A stretch of DNA of 64,000 nt from a virus. Taxonomy: Duplodnaviria > Heunggongvirae > Uroviricota > Caudoviricetes. The notes beneath the pieces were generated by a model. It searched no databases. It had not been told where the DNA came from and worked only from the letters and a program-made list of their open reading frames with translations. The stretch is from IMG/VR virus record IMGVR_UViG_2687453424_000001; one strand, 5' to 3'. How positions within the stretch are numbered: the first letter of the stretch is position 1; each line of letters starts with the position of its first letter. Positions 33,774 through 46,878 of the stretch are shown piece by piece. The position numbers were made by a program, and so were the translations under genes.

Positions 33774-36700
33774 NNNNNNNNNNNNNNNNNNNNNNNNNNN
33801 NNNNNNNNNNNNNNNNNNNNNNNNNNNNNNNNNNNNNNNNNNNNNNNNNNNNNNNNNNNNNNNNNNNNNNNNNNNNNNNNNNNNNNNNNNNNNNNNNNNN
33901 NNNNNNNNNNNNNNNNNNNNNNNNNNNNNNNNNNNNNNNNNNNNNNNNNNNNNNNNNNNNNNNNNNNNNNNNNNNNNNNNNNNNNNNNNNNNNNNNNNNN
34001 NNNNNNNNNNNNNNNNNNNNNNNNNNNNNNNNNNNNNNNNNNNNNNNNNNNNNNNNNNNNNNNNNNNNNNNNNNNNNNNNNNNNNNNNNNNNNNNNNNNN
34101 NNNNNNNNNNNNNNNNNNNNNNNNNNNNNNNNNNNNNNNNNNNNNNNNNNNNNNNNNNNNNNNNNNNNNNNNNNNNNNNNNNNNNNNNNNNNNNNNNNNN
34201 NNNNNNNNNNNNNNNNNNNNNNNNNNNNNNNNNNNNNNNNNNNNNNNNNNNNNNNNNNNNNNNNNNNNNNNNNNNNNNNNNNNNNNNNNNNNNNNNNNNN
34301 NNNNNNNNNNNNNNNNNNNNNNNNNNNNNNNNNNNNNNNNNNNNNNNNNNNNNNNNNNNNNNNNNNNNNNNNNNNNNNNNNNNNNNNNNNNNNNNNNNNN
34401 NNNNNNNNNNNNNNNNNNNNNNNNNNNNNNNNNNNNNNNNNNNNNNNNNNNNNNNNNNNNNNNNNNNNNNNNNNNNNNNNNNNNNNNNNNNNNNNNNNNN
34501 NNNNNNNNNNNNNNNNNNNNNNNNNNNNNNNNNNNNNNNNNNNNNNNNNNNNNNNNNNNNNNNNNNNNNNNNNNNNNNNNNNNNNNNNNNNNNNNNNNNN
34601 NNNNNNNNNNNNNNNNNNNNNNNNNNNNNNNNNNNNNNNNNNNNNNNNNNNNNNNNNNNNNNNNNNNNNNNNNNNNNNNNNNNNNNNNNNNNNNNNNNNN
34701 NNNNNNNNNNNNNNNNNNNNNNNNNNNNNNNNNNNNNNNNNNNNNNNNNNNNNNNNNNNNNNNNNNNNNNNNNNNNNNNNNNNNNNNNNNNNNNNNNNNN
34801 NNNNNNNNNNNNNNNNNNNNNNNNNNNNNNNNNNNNNNNNNNNNNNNNNNNNNNNNNNNNNNNNNNNNNNNNNNNNNNNNNNNNNNNNNNNNNNNNNNNN
34901 NNNNNNNNNNNNNNNNNNNNNNNNNNNNNNNNNNNNNNNNNNNNNNNNNNNNNNNNNNNNNNNNNNNNNNNNNNNNNNNNNNNNNNNNNNNNNNNNNNNN
35001 NNNNNNNNNNNNNNNNNNNNNNNNNNNNNNNNNNNNNNNNNNNNNNNNNNNNNNNNNNNNNNNNNNNNNNNNNNNNNNNNNNNNNNNNNNNNNNNNNNNN
35101 NNNNNNNNNNNNNNNNNNNNNNNNNNNNNNNNNNNNNNNNNNNNNNNNNNNNNNNNNNNNNNNNNNNNNNNNNNNNNNNNNNNNNNNNNNNNNNNNNNNN
35201 NNNNNNNNNNNNNNNNNNNNNNNNNNNNNNNNNNNNNNNNNNNNNNNNNNNNNNNNNNNNNNNNNNNNNNNNNNNNNNNNNNNNNNNNNNNNNNNNNNNN
35301 NNNNNNNNNNNNNNNNNNNNNNNNNNNNNNNNNNNNNNNNNNNNNNNNNNNNNNNNNNNNNNNNNNNNNNNNNNNNNNNNNNNNNNNNNNNNNNNNNNNN
35401 NNNNNNNNNNNNNNNNNNNNNNNNNNNNNNNNNNNNNNNNNNNNNNNNNNNNNNNNNNNNNNNNNNNNNNNNNNNNNNNNNNNNNNNNNNNNNNNNNNNN
35501 NNNNNNNNNNNNNNNNNNNNNNNNNNNNNNNNNNNNNNNNNNNNNNNNNNNNNNNNNNNNNNNNNNNNNNNNNNNNNNNNNNNNNNNNNNNNNNNNNNNN
35601 NNNNNNNNNNNNNNNNNNNNNNNNNNNNNNNNNNNNNNNNNNNNNNNNNNNNNNNNNNNNNNNNNNNNNNNNNNNNNNNNNNNNNNNNNNNNNNNNNNNN
35701 NNNNNNNNNNNNNNNNNNNNNNNNNNNNNNNNNNNNNNNNNNNNNNNNNNNNNNNNNNNNNNNNNNNNNNNNNNNNNNNNNNNNNNNNNNNNNNNNNNNN
35801 NNNNNNNNNNNNNNNNNNNNNNNNNNNNNNNNNNNNNNNNNNNNNNNNNNNNNNNNNNNNNNNNNNNNNNNNNNNNNNNNNNNNNNNNNNNNNNNNNNNN
35901 NNNNNNNNNNNNNNNNNNNNNNNNNNNNNNNNNNNNNNNNNNNNNNNNNNNNNNNNNNNNNNNNNNNNNNNNNNNNNNNNNNNNNNNNNNNNNNNNNNNN
36001 NNNNNNNNNNNNNNNNNNNNNNNNNNNNNNNNNNNNNNNNNNNNNNNNNNNNNNNNNNNNNNNNNNNNNNNNNNNNNNNNNNNNNNNNNNNNNNNNNNNN
36101 NNNNNNNNNNNNNNNNNNNNNNNNNNNNNNNNNNNNNNNNNNNNNNNNNNNNNNNNNNNNNNNNNNNNNNNNNNNNNNNNNNNNNNNNNNNNNNNNNNNN
36201 NNNNNNNNNNNNNNNNNNNNNNNNNNNNNNNNNNNNNNNNNNNNNNNNNNNNNNNNNNNNNNNNNNNNNNNNNNNNNNNNNNNNNNNNNNNNNNNNNNNN
36301 NNNNNNNNNNNNNNNNNNNNNNNNNNNNNNNNNNNNNNNNNNNNNNNNNNNNNNNNNNNNNNNNNNNNNNNNNNNNNNNNNNNNNNNNNNNNNNNNNNNN
36401 NNNNNNNNNNNNNNNNNNNNNNNNNNNNNNNNNNNNNNNNNNNNNNNNNNNNNNNNNNNNNNNNNNNNNNNNNNNNNNNNNNNNNNNNNNNNNNNNNNNN
36501 NNNNNNNNNNNNNNNNNNNNNNNNNNNNNNNNNNNNNNNNNNNNNNNNNNNNNNNNNNNNNNNNNNNNNNNNNNNNNNNNNNNNNNNNNNNNNNNNNNNN
36601 NNNNNNNNNNNNNNNNNNNNNNNNNNNNNNNNNNNNNNNNNNNNNNNNNNNNNNNNNNNNNNNNNNNNNNNNNNNNNNNNNNNNNNNNNNNNNNNNNNNN

Positions 36701-38838
36701 NNNNNNNNNNNNNNNNNNNNNNNNNNNNNNNNNNNNNNNNNNNNNNNNNNNNNNNNNNNNNNNNNNNNNNNNNNNNNNNNNNNNNNNNNNNNNNNNNNNN
36801 NNNNNNNNNNNNNNNNNNNNNNNNNNNNNNNNNNNNNNNNNNNNNNNNNNNNNNNNNNNNNNNNNNNNNNNNNNNNNNNNNNNNNNNNNNNNNNNNNNNN
36901 NNNNNNNNNNNNNNNNNNNNNNNNNNNNNNNNNNNNNNNNNNNNNNNNNNNNNNNNNNNNNNNNNNNNNNNNNNNNNNNNNNNNNNNNNNNNNNNNNNNN
37001 NNNNNNNNNNNNNNNNNNNNNNNNNNNNNNNNNNNNNNNNNNNNNNNNNNNNNNNNNNNNNNNNNNNNNNNNNNNNNNNNNNNNNNNNNNNNNNNNNNNN
37101 NNNNNNNNNNNNNNNNNNNNNNNNNNNNNNNNNNNNNNNNNNNNNNNNNNNNNNNNNNNNNNNNNNNNNNNNNNNNNNNNNNNNNNNNNNNNNNNNNNNN
37201 NNNNNNNNNNNNNNNNNNNNNNNNNNNNNNNNNNNNNNNNNNNNNNNNNNNNNNNNNNNNNNNNNNNNNNNNNNNNNNNNNNNNNNNNNNNNNNNNNNNN
37301 NNNNNNNNNNNNNNNNNNNNNNNNNNNNNNNNNNNNNNNNNNNNNNNNNNNNNNNNNNNNNNNNNNNNNNNNNNNNNNNNNNNNNNNNNNNNNNNNNNNN
37401 NNNNNNNNNNNNNNNNNNNNNNNNNNNNNNNNNNNNNNNNNNNNNNNNNNNNNNNNNNNNNNNNNNNNNNNNNNNNNNNNNNNNNNNNNNNNNNNNNNNN
37501 NNNNNNNNNNNNNNNNNNNNNNNNNNNNNNNNNNNNNNNNNNNNNNNNNNNNNNNNNNNNNNNNNNNNNNNNNNNNNNNNNNNNNNNNNNNNNNNNNNNN
37601 NNNNNNNNNNNNNNNNNNNNNNNNNNNNNNNNNNNNNNNNNNNNNNNNNNNNNNNNNNNNNNNNNNNNNNNNNNNNNNNNNNNNNNNNNNNNNNNNNNNN
37701 NNNNNNNNNNNNNNNNNNNNNNNNNNNNNNNNNNNNNNNNNNNNNNNNNNNNNNNNNNNNNNNNNNNNNNNNNNNNNNNNNNNNNNNNNNNNNNNNNNNN
37801 NNNNNNNNNNNNNNNNNNNNNNNNNNNNNNNNNNNNNNNNNNNNNNNNNNNNNNNNNNNNNNNNNNNNNNNNNNNNNNNNNNNNNNNNNNNNNNNNNNNN
37901 NNNNNNNNNNNNNNNNNNNNNNNNNNNNNNNNNNNNNNNNNNNNNNNNNNNNNNNNNNNNNNNNNNNNNNNNNNNNNNNNNNNNNNNNNNNNNNNNNNNN
38001 NNNNNNNNNNNNNNNNNNNNNNNNNNNNNNNNNNNNNNNNNNNNNNNNNNNNNNNNNNNNNNNNNNNNNNNNNNNNNNNNNNNNNNNNNNNNNNNNNNNN
38101 NNNNNNNNNNNNNNNNNNNNNNNNNNNNNNNNNNNNNNNNNNNNNNNNNNNNNNNNNNNNNNNNNNNNNNNNNNNNNNNNNNNNNNNNNNNNNNNNNNNN
38201 NNNNNNNNNNNNNNNNNNNNNNNNNNNNNNNNNNNNNNNNNNNNNNNNNNNNNNNNNNNNNNNNNNNNNNNNNNNNNNNNNNNNNNNNNNNNNNNNNNNN
38301 NNNNNNNNNNNNNNNNNNNNNNNNNNNNNNNNNNNNNNNNNNNNNNNNNNNNNNNNNNNNNNNNNNNNNNNNNNNNNNNNNNNNNNNNNNNNNNNNNNNN
38401 NNNNNNNNNNNNNNNNNNNNNNNNNNNNNNNNNNNNNNNNNNNNNNNNNNNNNNNNNNNNNNNNNNNNNNNNNNNNNNNNNNNNNNNNNNNNNNNNNNNN
38501 NNNNNNNNNNNNNNNNNNNNNNNNNNNNNNNNNNNNNNNNNNNNNNNNNNNNNNNNNNNNNNNNNNNNNNNNNNNNNNNNNNNNNNNNNNNNNNNNNNNN
38601 NNNNNNNNNNNNNNNNNNNNNNNNNNNNNNNNNNNNNNNNNNNNNNNNNNNNNNNNNNNNNNNNNNNNNNNNNNNNNNNNNNNNNNNNNNNNNNNNNNNN
38701 NNNNNNNNNNNNNNNNNNNNNNNNNNNNNNNNNNNNNNNNNNNNNNNNNNNNNNNNNNNNNNNNNNNNNNNNNNNNNNNNNNNNNNNNNNNNNNNNNNNN
38801 NNNNNNNNNNNNNNNNNNNNNNNNNNNNNNNNNNNNNN
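33774..38838. other. assembly gap (N run)
   Basis: uninterrupted run of N. Confidence 0.99.
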
Positions 38839-38949
38839 TTTTCCAACTCAGACTGAATCAAGCCTTGAACAATTTGCTCTGACCCTGTTCCTGATGGGTT
38901 AGACTTGAGAACTCCTGGGGTCCTTTCCAACCTCTGCTCTCTTATGATC

Positions 38950-39345
38950 CAACAATGATGGGTTTATGAAGAGTCACAAAAATGCTCCAAGGGCTGGAGC
39001 ACATCTCTGATGAAGACAGGCTGAGAGAGCTGGGGATGTTCAGCCTGGAGAAGACAAGGTTCCAGGGATACATCTTAGCAAGCTGCCCATTTCTAAACAC
39101 GGCCTACAAGAAATCTGGACAGGGGCTTTTTACAAGTGTGTGCAATTACAGGAGAAGGGGAGATGGCTTTGAGCTGAAAGAGGGGGATTTAGATCAGACA
39201 TTAGGAAGGAATTCTTCCCTGTGACAGTGGTGGGACACTGGCACAGGGTGCCCAGAGAAGCTGTGGCTGCCCCGTCCCCGGCAATGTTCAAGGCAAGGTT
39301 GGACACAGGGGCTTGGAGCAACCTGCTCTAGTGGACCACCATAAA
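38950..39345 (+). mobile_element. CR1 LINE 3' portion (ORF2 C-terminus), plus orientation, lacking the terminal octamer repeats
   Basis: ORF 38982..39224 GLEHISDEDRLRELGMFSLEK and, in the following frame, VVGHWHRVPREAVAAPSPAMFKARLD. Confidence 0.65.
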
Positions 39346-39479
39346 ACACCTCCATAACACCCAGAAACACCTGTGAAACACCTCAAAAATAACCCCAAAC
39401 CACTCCTACAACTGCCGAAGGACACCTTGAAACATCCCCAGAGCCCCCAAAACACCATTGGCATCCTCCAAACCATTCA

Positions 39480-39980
39480 GGTCCTTGTCTTCCCCCTGCT
39501 GTGATGCCGTGGCATAAATCAAACCCTAGACACAAAATCCCTGTTCTTGACCCTAATTTTAACCCTCACTGATTTTTATAATGTTATAATATTGTAATAG
39601 AATGTAAGTAAATTATCTATTATAATAATAGAAATGCTTGTCTGTCTATATTACTATTATAAATTATACACTAATATAAATGCTTTTCAGTCCAGTGGGC
39701 CCATGACACCTCAGGTCATAGAAACTGGCCTGAAGGGATGCGTTGCTGCTTGGGTTGGGCTGGGTGTCGCTCAGAACATGCTGAACAATTGCATTGGGCA
39801 TCACTGTCGCTATAGGTCCTTTCTTTTCCCTTTTGGTTCTGTATCTCTCCCCTTGTTGTTTCCATTCTTATTAATAACAATAACACTAATATTACATTGT
39901 GCTTGATTTCAGTTCCTGACCTGTTCTCATCTCCACCTGTGGGTTTCACATTGTTCCCATTCTCCCCCCTATCCCACGCG
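39480..39980 (-). mobile_element. partial LTR (family L-like), minus orientation, diverged
   Basis: Reverse complement shares blocks with the LTR at 31296-31836 (gggaacaatgtgaaacccacaggtggagatgagaacag ... aataagaatggaaacaacaagg). Confidence 0.4.
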
Positions 39981-40462
39981 GGTGCTGAGCGAGCGGCTGC
40001 TGGTGCTGAGTTCCCGGCTGGGTTTCAACACTGCCCCTGTCCTGGCCCCTTTGCTGTGGCAGCAGGGGCTGGACGTTTGCACTCTTGGAGCTGGGCTCTT
40101 TGTATGGGCACGCAGCTGGAAGCAGCATTCTTTGGCTCAGGAAGCGCAGCTCCCCAGTGTTGCTGGGGCTGGGGCAGTGCTTGCCAAGGGCAGGGGAGGC
40201 CCAGCAACAGCTCCTGTCCTGGCCCTGCTGCTGGGGGAGCAGAGGGGCTCCCGCGGGCATTGCCGCAGTCAGGATTGCGCAGGTGTGCCCAGAGCCCACC
40301 AGCTCCTTCCCACCTTGCGCAATGCCCGCTGGGCTTCTGGGCTGTGCCTGCGCCTGCCAGGGCCTTTGTCACCTTCCAGAATGCATTGGCAGAGCCCAGC
40401 AGAGCACTGGAGCCTTGCGCAATGCCCGCCGCTGGCCTGGCCTTTACCAGAGCCCAGCGGCA
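39981..40462. repeat. satellite-like repeat (family A; tgcgcaatgcccgc / cctttaccagagc motifs), running into the gap
   Basis: Same motifs as 44330-44560. Confidence 0.5.
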
Positions 40463-43400
40463 NNNNNNNNNNNNNNNNNNNNNNNNNNNNNNNNNNNNNN
40501 NNNNNNNNNNNNNNNNNNNNNNNNNNNNNNNNNNNNNNNNNNNNNNNNNNNNNNNNNNNNNNNNNNNNNNNNNNNNNNNNNNNNNNNNNNNNNNNNNNNN
40601 NNNNNNNNNNNNNNNNNNNNNNNNNNNNNNNNNNNNNNNNNNNNNNNNNNNNNNNNNNNNNNNNNNNNNNNNNNNNNNNNNNNNNNNNNNNNNNNNNNNN
40701 NNNNNNNNNNNNNNNNNNNNNNNNNNNNNNNNNNNNNNNNNNNNNNNNNNNNNNNNNNNNNNNNNNNNNNNNNNNNNNNNNNNNNNNNNNNNNNNNNNNN
40801 NNNNNNNNNNNNNNNNNNNNNNNNNNNNNNNNNNNNNNNNNNNNNNNNNNNNNNNNNNNNNNNNNNNNNNNNNNNNNNNNNNNNNNNNNNNNNNNNNNNN
40901 NNNNNNNNNNNNNNNNNNNNNNNNNNNNNNNNNNNNNNNNNNNNNNNNNNNNNNNNNNNNNNNNNNNNNNNNNNNNNNNNNNNNNNNNNNNNNNNNNNNN
41001 NNNNNNNNNNNNNNNNNNNNNNNNNNNNNNNNNNNNNNNNNNNNNNNNNNNNNNNNNNNNNNNNNNNNNNNNNNNNNNNNNNNNNNNNNNNNNNNNNNNN
41101 NNNNNNNNNNNNNNNNNNNNNNNNNNNNNNNNNNNNNNNNNNNNNNNNNNNNNNNNNNNNNNNNNNNNNNNNNNNNNNNNNNNNNNNNNNNNNNNNNNNN
41201 NNNNNNNNNNNNNNNNNNNNNNNNNNNNNNNNNNNNNNNNNNNNNNNNNNNNNNNNNNNNNNNNNNNNNNNNNNNNNNNNNNNNNNNNNNNNNNNNNNNN
41301 NNNNNNNNNNNNNNNNNNNNNNNNNNNNNNNNNNNNNNNNNNNNNNNNNNNNNNNNNNNNNNNNNNNNNNNNNNNNNNNNNNNNNNNNNNNNNNNNNNNN
41401 NNNNNNNNNNNNNNNNNNNNNNNNNNNNNNNNNNNNNNNNNNNNNNNNNNNNNNNNNNNNNNNNNNNNNNNNNNNNNNNNNNNNNNNNNNNNNNNNNNNN
41501 NNNNNNNNNNNNNNNNNNNNNNNNNNNNNNNNNNNNNNNNNNNNNNNNNNNNNNNNNNNNNNNNNNNNNNNNNNNNNNNNNNNNNNNNNNNNNNNNNNNN
41601 NNNNNNNNNNNNNNNNNNNNNNNNNNNNNNNNNNNNNNNNNNNNNNNNNNNNNNNNNNNNNNNNNNNNNNNNNNNNNNNNNNNNNNNNNNNNNNNNNNNN
41701 NNNNNNNNNNNNNNNNNNNNNNNNNNNNNNNNNNNNNNNNNNNNNNNNNNNNNNNNNNNNNNNNNNNNNNNNNNNNNNNNNNNNNNNNNNNNNNNNNNNN
41801 NNNNNNNNNNNNNNNNNNNNNNNNNNNNNNNNNNNNNNNNNNNNNNNNNNNNNNNNNNNNNNNNNNNNNNNNNNNNNNNNNNNNNNNNNNNNNNNNNNNN
41901 NNNNNNNNNNNNNNNNNNNNNNNNNNNNNNNNNNNNNNNNNNNNNNNNNNNNNNNNNNNNNNNNNNNNNNNNNNNNNNNNNNNNNNNNNNNNNNNNNNNN
42001 NNNNNNNNNNNNNNNNNNNNNNNNNNNNNNNNNNNNNNNNNNNNNNNNNNNNNNNNNNNNNNNNNNNNNNNNNNNNNNNNNNNNNNNNNNNNNNNNNNNN
42101 NNNNNNNNNNNNNNNNNNNNNNNNNNNNNNNNNNNNNNNNNNNNNNNNNNNNNNNNNNNNNNNNNNNNNNNNNNNNNNNNNNNNNNNNNNNNNNNNNNNN
42201 NNNNNNNNNNNNNNNNNNNNNNNNNNNNNNNNNNNNNNNNNNNNNNNNNNNNNNNNNNNNNNNNNNNNNNNNNNNNNNNNNNNNNNNNNNNNNNNNNNNN
42301 NNNNNNNNNNNNNNNNNNNNNNNNNNNNNNNNNNNNNNNNNNNNNNNNNNNNNNNNNNNNNNNNNNNNNNNNNNNNNNNNNNNNNNNNNNNNNNNNNNNN
42401 NNNNNNNNNNNNNNNNNNNNNNNNNNNNNNNNNNNNNNNNNNNNNNNNNNNNNNNNNNNNNNNNNNNNNNNNNNNNNNNNNNNNNNNNNNNNNNNNNNNN
42501 NNNNNNNNNNNNNNNNNNNNNNNNNNNNNNNNNNNNNNNNNNNNNNNNNNNNNNNNNNNNNNNNNNNNNNNNNNNNNNNNNNNNNNNNNNNNNNNNNNNN
42601 NNNNNNNNNNNNNNNNNNNNNNNNNNNNNNNNNNNNNNNNNNNNNNNNNNNNNNNNNNNNNNNNNNNNNNNNNNNNNNNNNNNNNNNNNNNNNNNNNNNN
42701 NNNNNNNNNNNNNNNNNNNNNNNNNNNNNNNNNNNNNNNNNNNNNNNNNNNNNNNNNNNNNNNNNNNNNNNNNNNNNNNNNNNNNNNNNNNNNNNNNNNN
42801 NNNNNNNNNNNNNNNNNNNNNNNNNNNNNNNNNNNNNNNNNNNNNNNNNNNNNNNNNNNNNNNNNNNNNNNNNNNNNNNNNNNNNNNNNNNNNNNNNNNN
42901 NNNNNNNNNNNNNNNNNNNNNNNNNNNNNNNNNNNNNNNNNNNNNNNNNNNNNNNNNNNNNNNNNNNNNNNNNNNNNNNNNNNNNNNNNNNNNNNNNNNN
43001 NNNNNNNNNNNNNNNNNNNNNNNNNNNNNNNNNNNNNNNNNNNNNNNNNNNNNNNNNNNNNNNNNNNNNNNNNNNNNNNNNNNNNNNNNNNNNNNNNNNN
43101 NNNNNNNNNNNNNNNNNNNNNNNNNNNNNNNNNNNNNNNNNNNNNNNNNNNNNNNNNNNNNNNNNNNNNNNNNNNNNNNNNNNNNNNNNNNNNNNNNNNN
43201 NNNNNNNNNNNNNNNNNNNNNNNNNNNNNNNNNNNNNNNNNNNNNNNNNNNNNNNNNNNNNNNNNNNNNNNNNNNNNNNNNNNNNNNNNNNNNNNNNNNN
43301 NNNNNNNNNNNNNNNNNNNNNNNNNNNNNNNNNNNNNNNNNNNNNNNNNNNNNNNNNNNNNNNNNNNNNNNNNNNNNNNNNNNNNNNNNNNNNNNNNNNN

Positions 43401-44042
43401 NNNNNNNNNNNNNNNNNNNNNNNNNNNNNNNNNNNNNNNNNNNNNNNNNNNNNNNNNNNNNNNNNNNNNNNNNNNNNNNNNNNNNNNNNNNNNNNNNNNN
43501 NNNNNNNNNNNNNNNNNNNNNNNNNNNNNNNNNNNNNNNNNNNNNNNNNNNNNNNNNNNNNNNNNNNNNNNNNNNNNNNNNNNNNNNNNNNNNNNNNNNN
43601 NNNNNNNNNNNNNNNNNNNNNNNNNNNNNNNNNNNNNNNNNNNNNNNNNNNNNNNNNNNNNNNNNNNNNNNNNNNNNNNNNNNNNNNNNNNNNNNNNNNN
43701 NNNNNNNNNNNNNNNNNNNNNNNNNNNNNNNNNNNNNNNNNNNNNNNNNNNNNNNNNNNNNNNNNNNNNNNNNNNNNNNNNNNNNNNNNNNNNNNNNNNN
43801 NNNNNNNNNNNNNNNNNNNNNNNNNNNNNNNNNNNNNNNNNNNNNNNNNNNNNNNNNNNNNNNNNNNNNNNNNNNNNNNNNNNNNNNNNNNNNNNNNNNN
43901 NNNNNNNNNNNNNNNNNNNNNNNNNNNNNNNNNNNNNNNNNNNNNNNNNNNNNNNNNNNNNNNNNNNNNNNNNNNNNNNNNNNNNNNNNNNNNNNNNNNN
44001 NNNNNNNNNNNNNNNNNNNNNNNNNNNNNNNNNNNNNNNNNN
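40463..44042. other. assembly gap (N run)
   Basis: uninterrupted run of N. Confidence 0.99.
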
Positions 44043-44104
44043 CCTGCGAGGGGTCACAGCTCAGCCTGGGCAATGGAACAGGGCATCACGGCCACCGACG
44101 AGAA

Positions 44105-44290
44105 GTGAAGAGTGACCGACATTGGCACAGCAGAAAATCATGGAATCCCAGACAGGGCTGGACTGGAAGGGAACTTAAAGCTCCTCCAATCCACTGCCAT
44201 GGGTAGGGACATCTTCCACTAGAACAGTTTACTCCAACCTCTGTCCAACCTGGTCTTGAACACTGCCAGAGTTGGAAGTCACTGATTAAT
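44105..44290 (-). mobile_element. CR1 3'-end fragment, minus orientation
   Basis: aatcatggaatcccagacagggctggactggaagggaac ... gggacatcttccactagaac ... ccaacctggtcttgaacactgccag is the reverse complement of the CR1 end region. Confidence 0.5.
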
Positions 44291-45400
44291 TACCATTGGT
44301 CATTAATAAGGCCCTCCTCACGCTGCCAGCAGGGGCCTGCGCTCTGCCCCTGCAGGGCTGCTGCAGGGTTACCAGAACCCGCCAGCCCCATTGCCCCCTG
44401 CCGCAATCCCTGCCAGGCTTCTGCAGGCCTTGCCAGAGCCCTCCTGGGGTTTGCCACCTCCTGCAATGCCCGCTCGGCTCCCACTGCCTTTACCAGTGCT
44501 CCGGGCCCCTGCAACACCTTCAGGAGCCGCCAGGCATTGAGGAAGGTGGCAGGGTCTGGTGGGATCTGGCACAACCTGTGCAGGCTTGACGGCGTTCTGC
44601 AAGACCGCACGGACCCTGGGGTGCCCATGGAACCTGGGTGTGCGTTCTAGACAGAGGCTGCAGCCTTGGGGGCCTCCAGCAATGCCCGCAGCAGCACATC
44701 GGGGCTGCTGGAAGGGGGCAAAGGTCCTTGTGGGCTCTGGCAATGCCCATGGAAGTGCTTCCACCAGCACGCTTGGAAGGACTCCCAACATTCCAGAATG
44801 TGGCAGGGCCCTGGCAGTCTGCACCAACCCAGCAGAAGCTCCTCAAGCATTCCGGATGGAGGCAGAGGCCTCAGCGGGCTCTGGCAAGGCTGAGGAATAA
44901 CACCAGGCATTCCAGAATGCAGCAGGTGCTCTGGAACTGTGCTAAAGCCCTCAGGAGCCTGTCTGACATTGTGGAAGGTGGCAAAAGCCGTGATGGACCT
45001 TGGAAGCCCTCCGCATTGTTGCACCCTGTTGCTTTGCCTGGCCAGGGAATGCTGAACAGGGAATGCAGTTCCATAGCAACCTGCTCATTAACCTGGAGGC
45101 TTCCTCAGGTGCTGACAAAAGACCTTTTCTGTTGCCCCTCCCTGAGCAAGTAGTTTGTAACTGTGAGCACAATGTCCCTCTTACTGACTCCTCTAACCCT
45201 CAGTGACAAAAGCCAACCCAACCTGTTCCCTGTCACATTGAGGACCTCCAGAAATCCAAGCTTCCCCTTCATGCAGGGGGCATCAACCCTCCTCATCCTT
45301 CTTGTCTCCATGTTACACCTCCTGAGGTTCCAGCCATCAAAGACACATGAGATTATCTGTACTATTCTCCCCTTACAGCGCTGGATCTAAGGAGCAGCTA
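44291..45400. repeat. satellite-like repeat (family A) with ~60 bp degenerate tandem units
   Basis: cattccagaatg-type cores at 44789, 44848, 44908 and 44967 (spacing 59-60 bp); inverted copy at 5173-6130. Confidence 0.6.
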
Positions 45401-46399
45401 TGGCAGGGGGATTGGACTAGATGATCTTTTGAGGTCCCTTCCAATTCCTGATGTTCTGTGATTCTGTGTGATTTTAAATGATGCCTCACAGAGTCCAGTG
45501 CCTTCCTCCTGGGACAGGAACAGACCAGCAGGTCCTGGTGAAAAACCTTTTCTCTGCAACTTGGATGCAACCTCTTCGGTCCCAAGGACTGGTAAGGGTG
45601 TAGTTTGCAAAGTAACCCCTGGCTTGATCCCCATCCAGTGCTGGTTGTTCCCCTTTTCCATCCAGAGCCTTAAAGCACAAAGTCCTGGGAAACCTGGCTG
45701 GTGGTAACTGAGGCAAAGAGGAGATAGGCGACCTGAGATCTACCTCTGTGTACTCTCACTTTATTTAGTGGTGGTCCTGTGTTATCTTGTTCCTTCTTTA
45801 ACTGTTCCTGAAGTAGCTGCAGCTCATCCTGGTGCCCTTGAATTCCTGTTTGACTGAGATTTGCTATGACCCATGGCTGTGCATGGAGGATGCTGTCTCT
45901 GAAGGCCACATGTACCCAACCACAAAGTTAAAATGCTTGGGTTGTTCCTCAGTTAAATCATCAAGGGAGTGAGTAAAGACACTGCAGTGATGTACTTTGT
46001 GTTCCCTCAATGCCTGCAGCTAAGGGGTGTCAGAAAGGACAGACCTTGCTTCGCTAATAGAAACTGATGGCTGATGCCTGTGAGTGCTACAAGAATATTC
46101 TCAACGATATTGTCTTGTCTCTCTCAGCCTGCACGTATCTTCGACCTGTCTCTATTACCTGTATGTAACATTGACCAACCCTGTAATGCCAAATGTCCCA
46201 GAGATTTGCATGCAGACAACTCACTCTTGGCCCCCATCGATTGTAATGCTGAGACAAAGAGTTGTCATGTAGGTACCTTTTAAATAAAGACCTGACCAGA
46301 GGCAGGAGGAATCCCACCTCCTATAGGTTTATGGTGTGCATGGGAGGGAGCTGAGTTCCCTTTCAACCCCAGGCCTACAGTCTCAGGAGGAGATGCCTC

Positions 46400-46878
46400 A
46401 ACTAACTATGGTGAATCCATTCCATCAGCAAGGCTAAAGGAGATCTCAGCCTGTCCTGTCCTGGCTGTCCAAATGATGGGACAAGAAACAGGCTGCCCAC
46501 AGAAGTGGTTCTGTCACCATCCCTGGCGGTCTTTAAAAGACGTGGAGATGTGGCACCTGTTGACATGGGTGGACTTGACAGTGTTTGGTTAGTGGTTAGA
46601 GTCAACCTTAAGGGTCTTTTTGAAATTTATGATTCTGGAATTCTGAGAAACTTTATTTACACCAAACTCCATCTCTCAGCAGAGCAATGACACTGCAGGC
46701 AGGCAGTGTGTCTGCCAGCTGAGGGAAGGAACATCAGTGCTTGCTTCAGGCTGTTTCCCATGGTGTTCCCCTGGAGCCCCAGGGAGCCCTGGAGGGAGCC
46801 CAGCGGGACAGAGGCAGAGCCACCTTGGGCTGGGCCTCTGCTGCTGAGCTGGGCATGGCTCCTGGGATGCAGACAGAT
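46400..46878. repeat. segment B of the inverted-repeat pair (partner 23230-23700); includes a CR1 3' end at about 46400-46650 (plus orientation)
   Basis: Reverse complement of 23230-23700; ends ..ttatgattctggaattctgag. Confidence 0.6.

Noticed and set aside
44290-45400. Multiple overlapping ORFs on both strands (44296..44589, 44369..44827, 44638..45153 and others) as genes
   Set aside because: They lie within the ~60-bp satellite; overlapping open frames on both strands are typical of GC-rich repeats.
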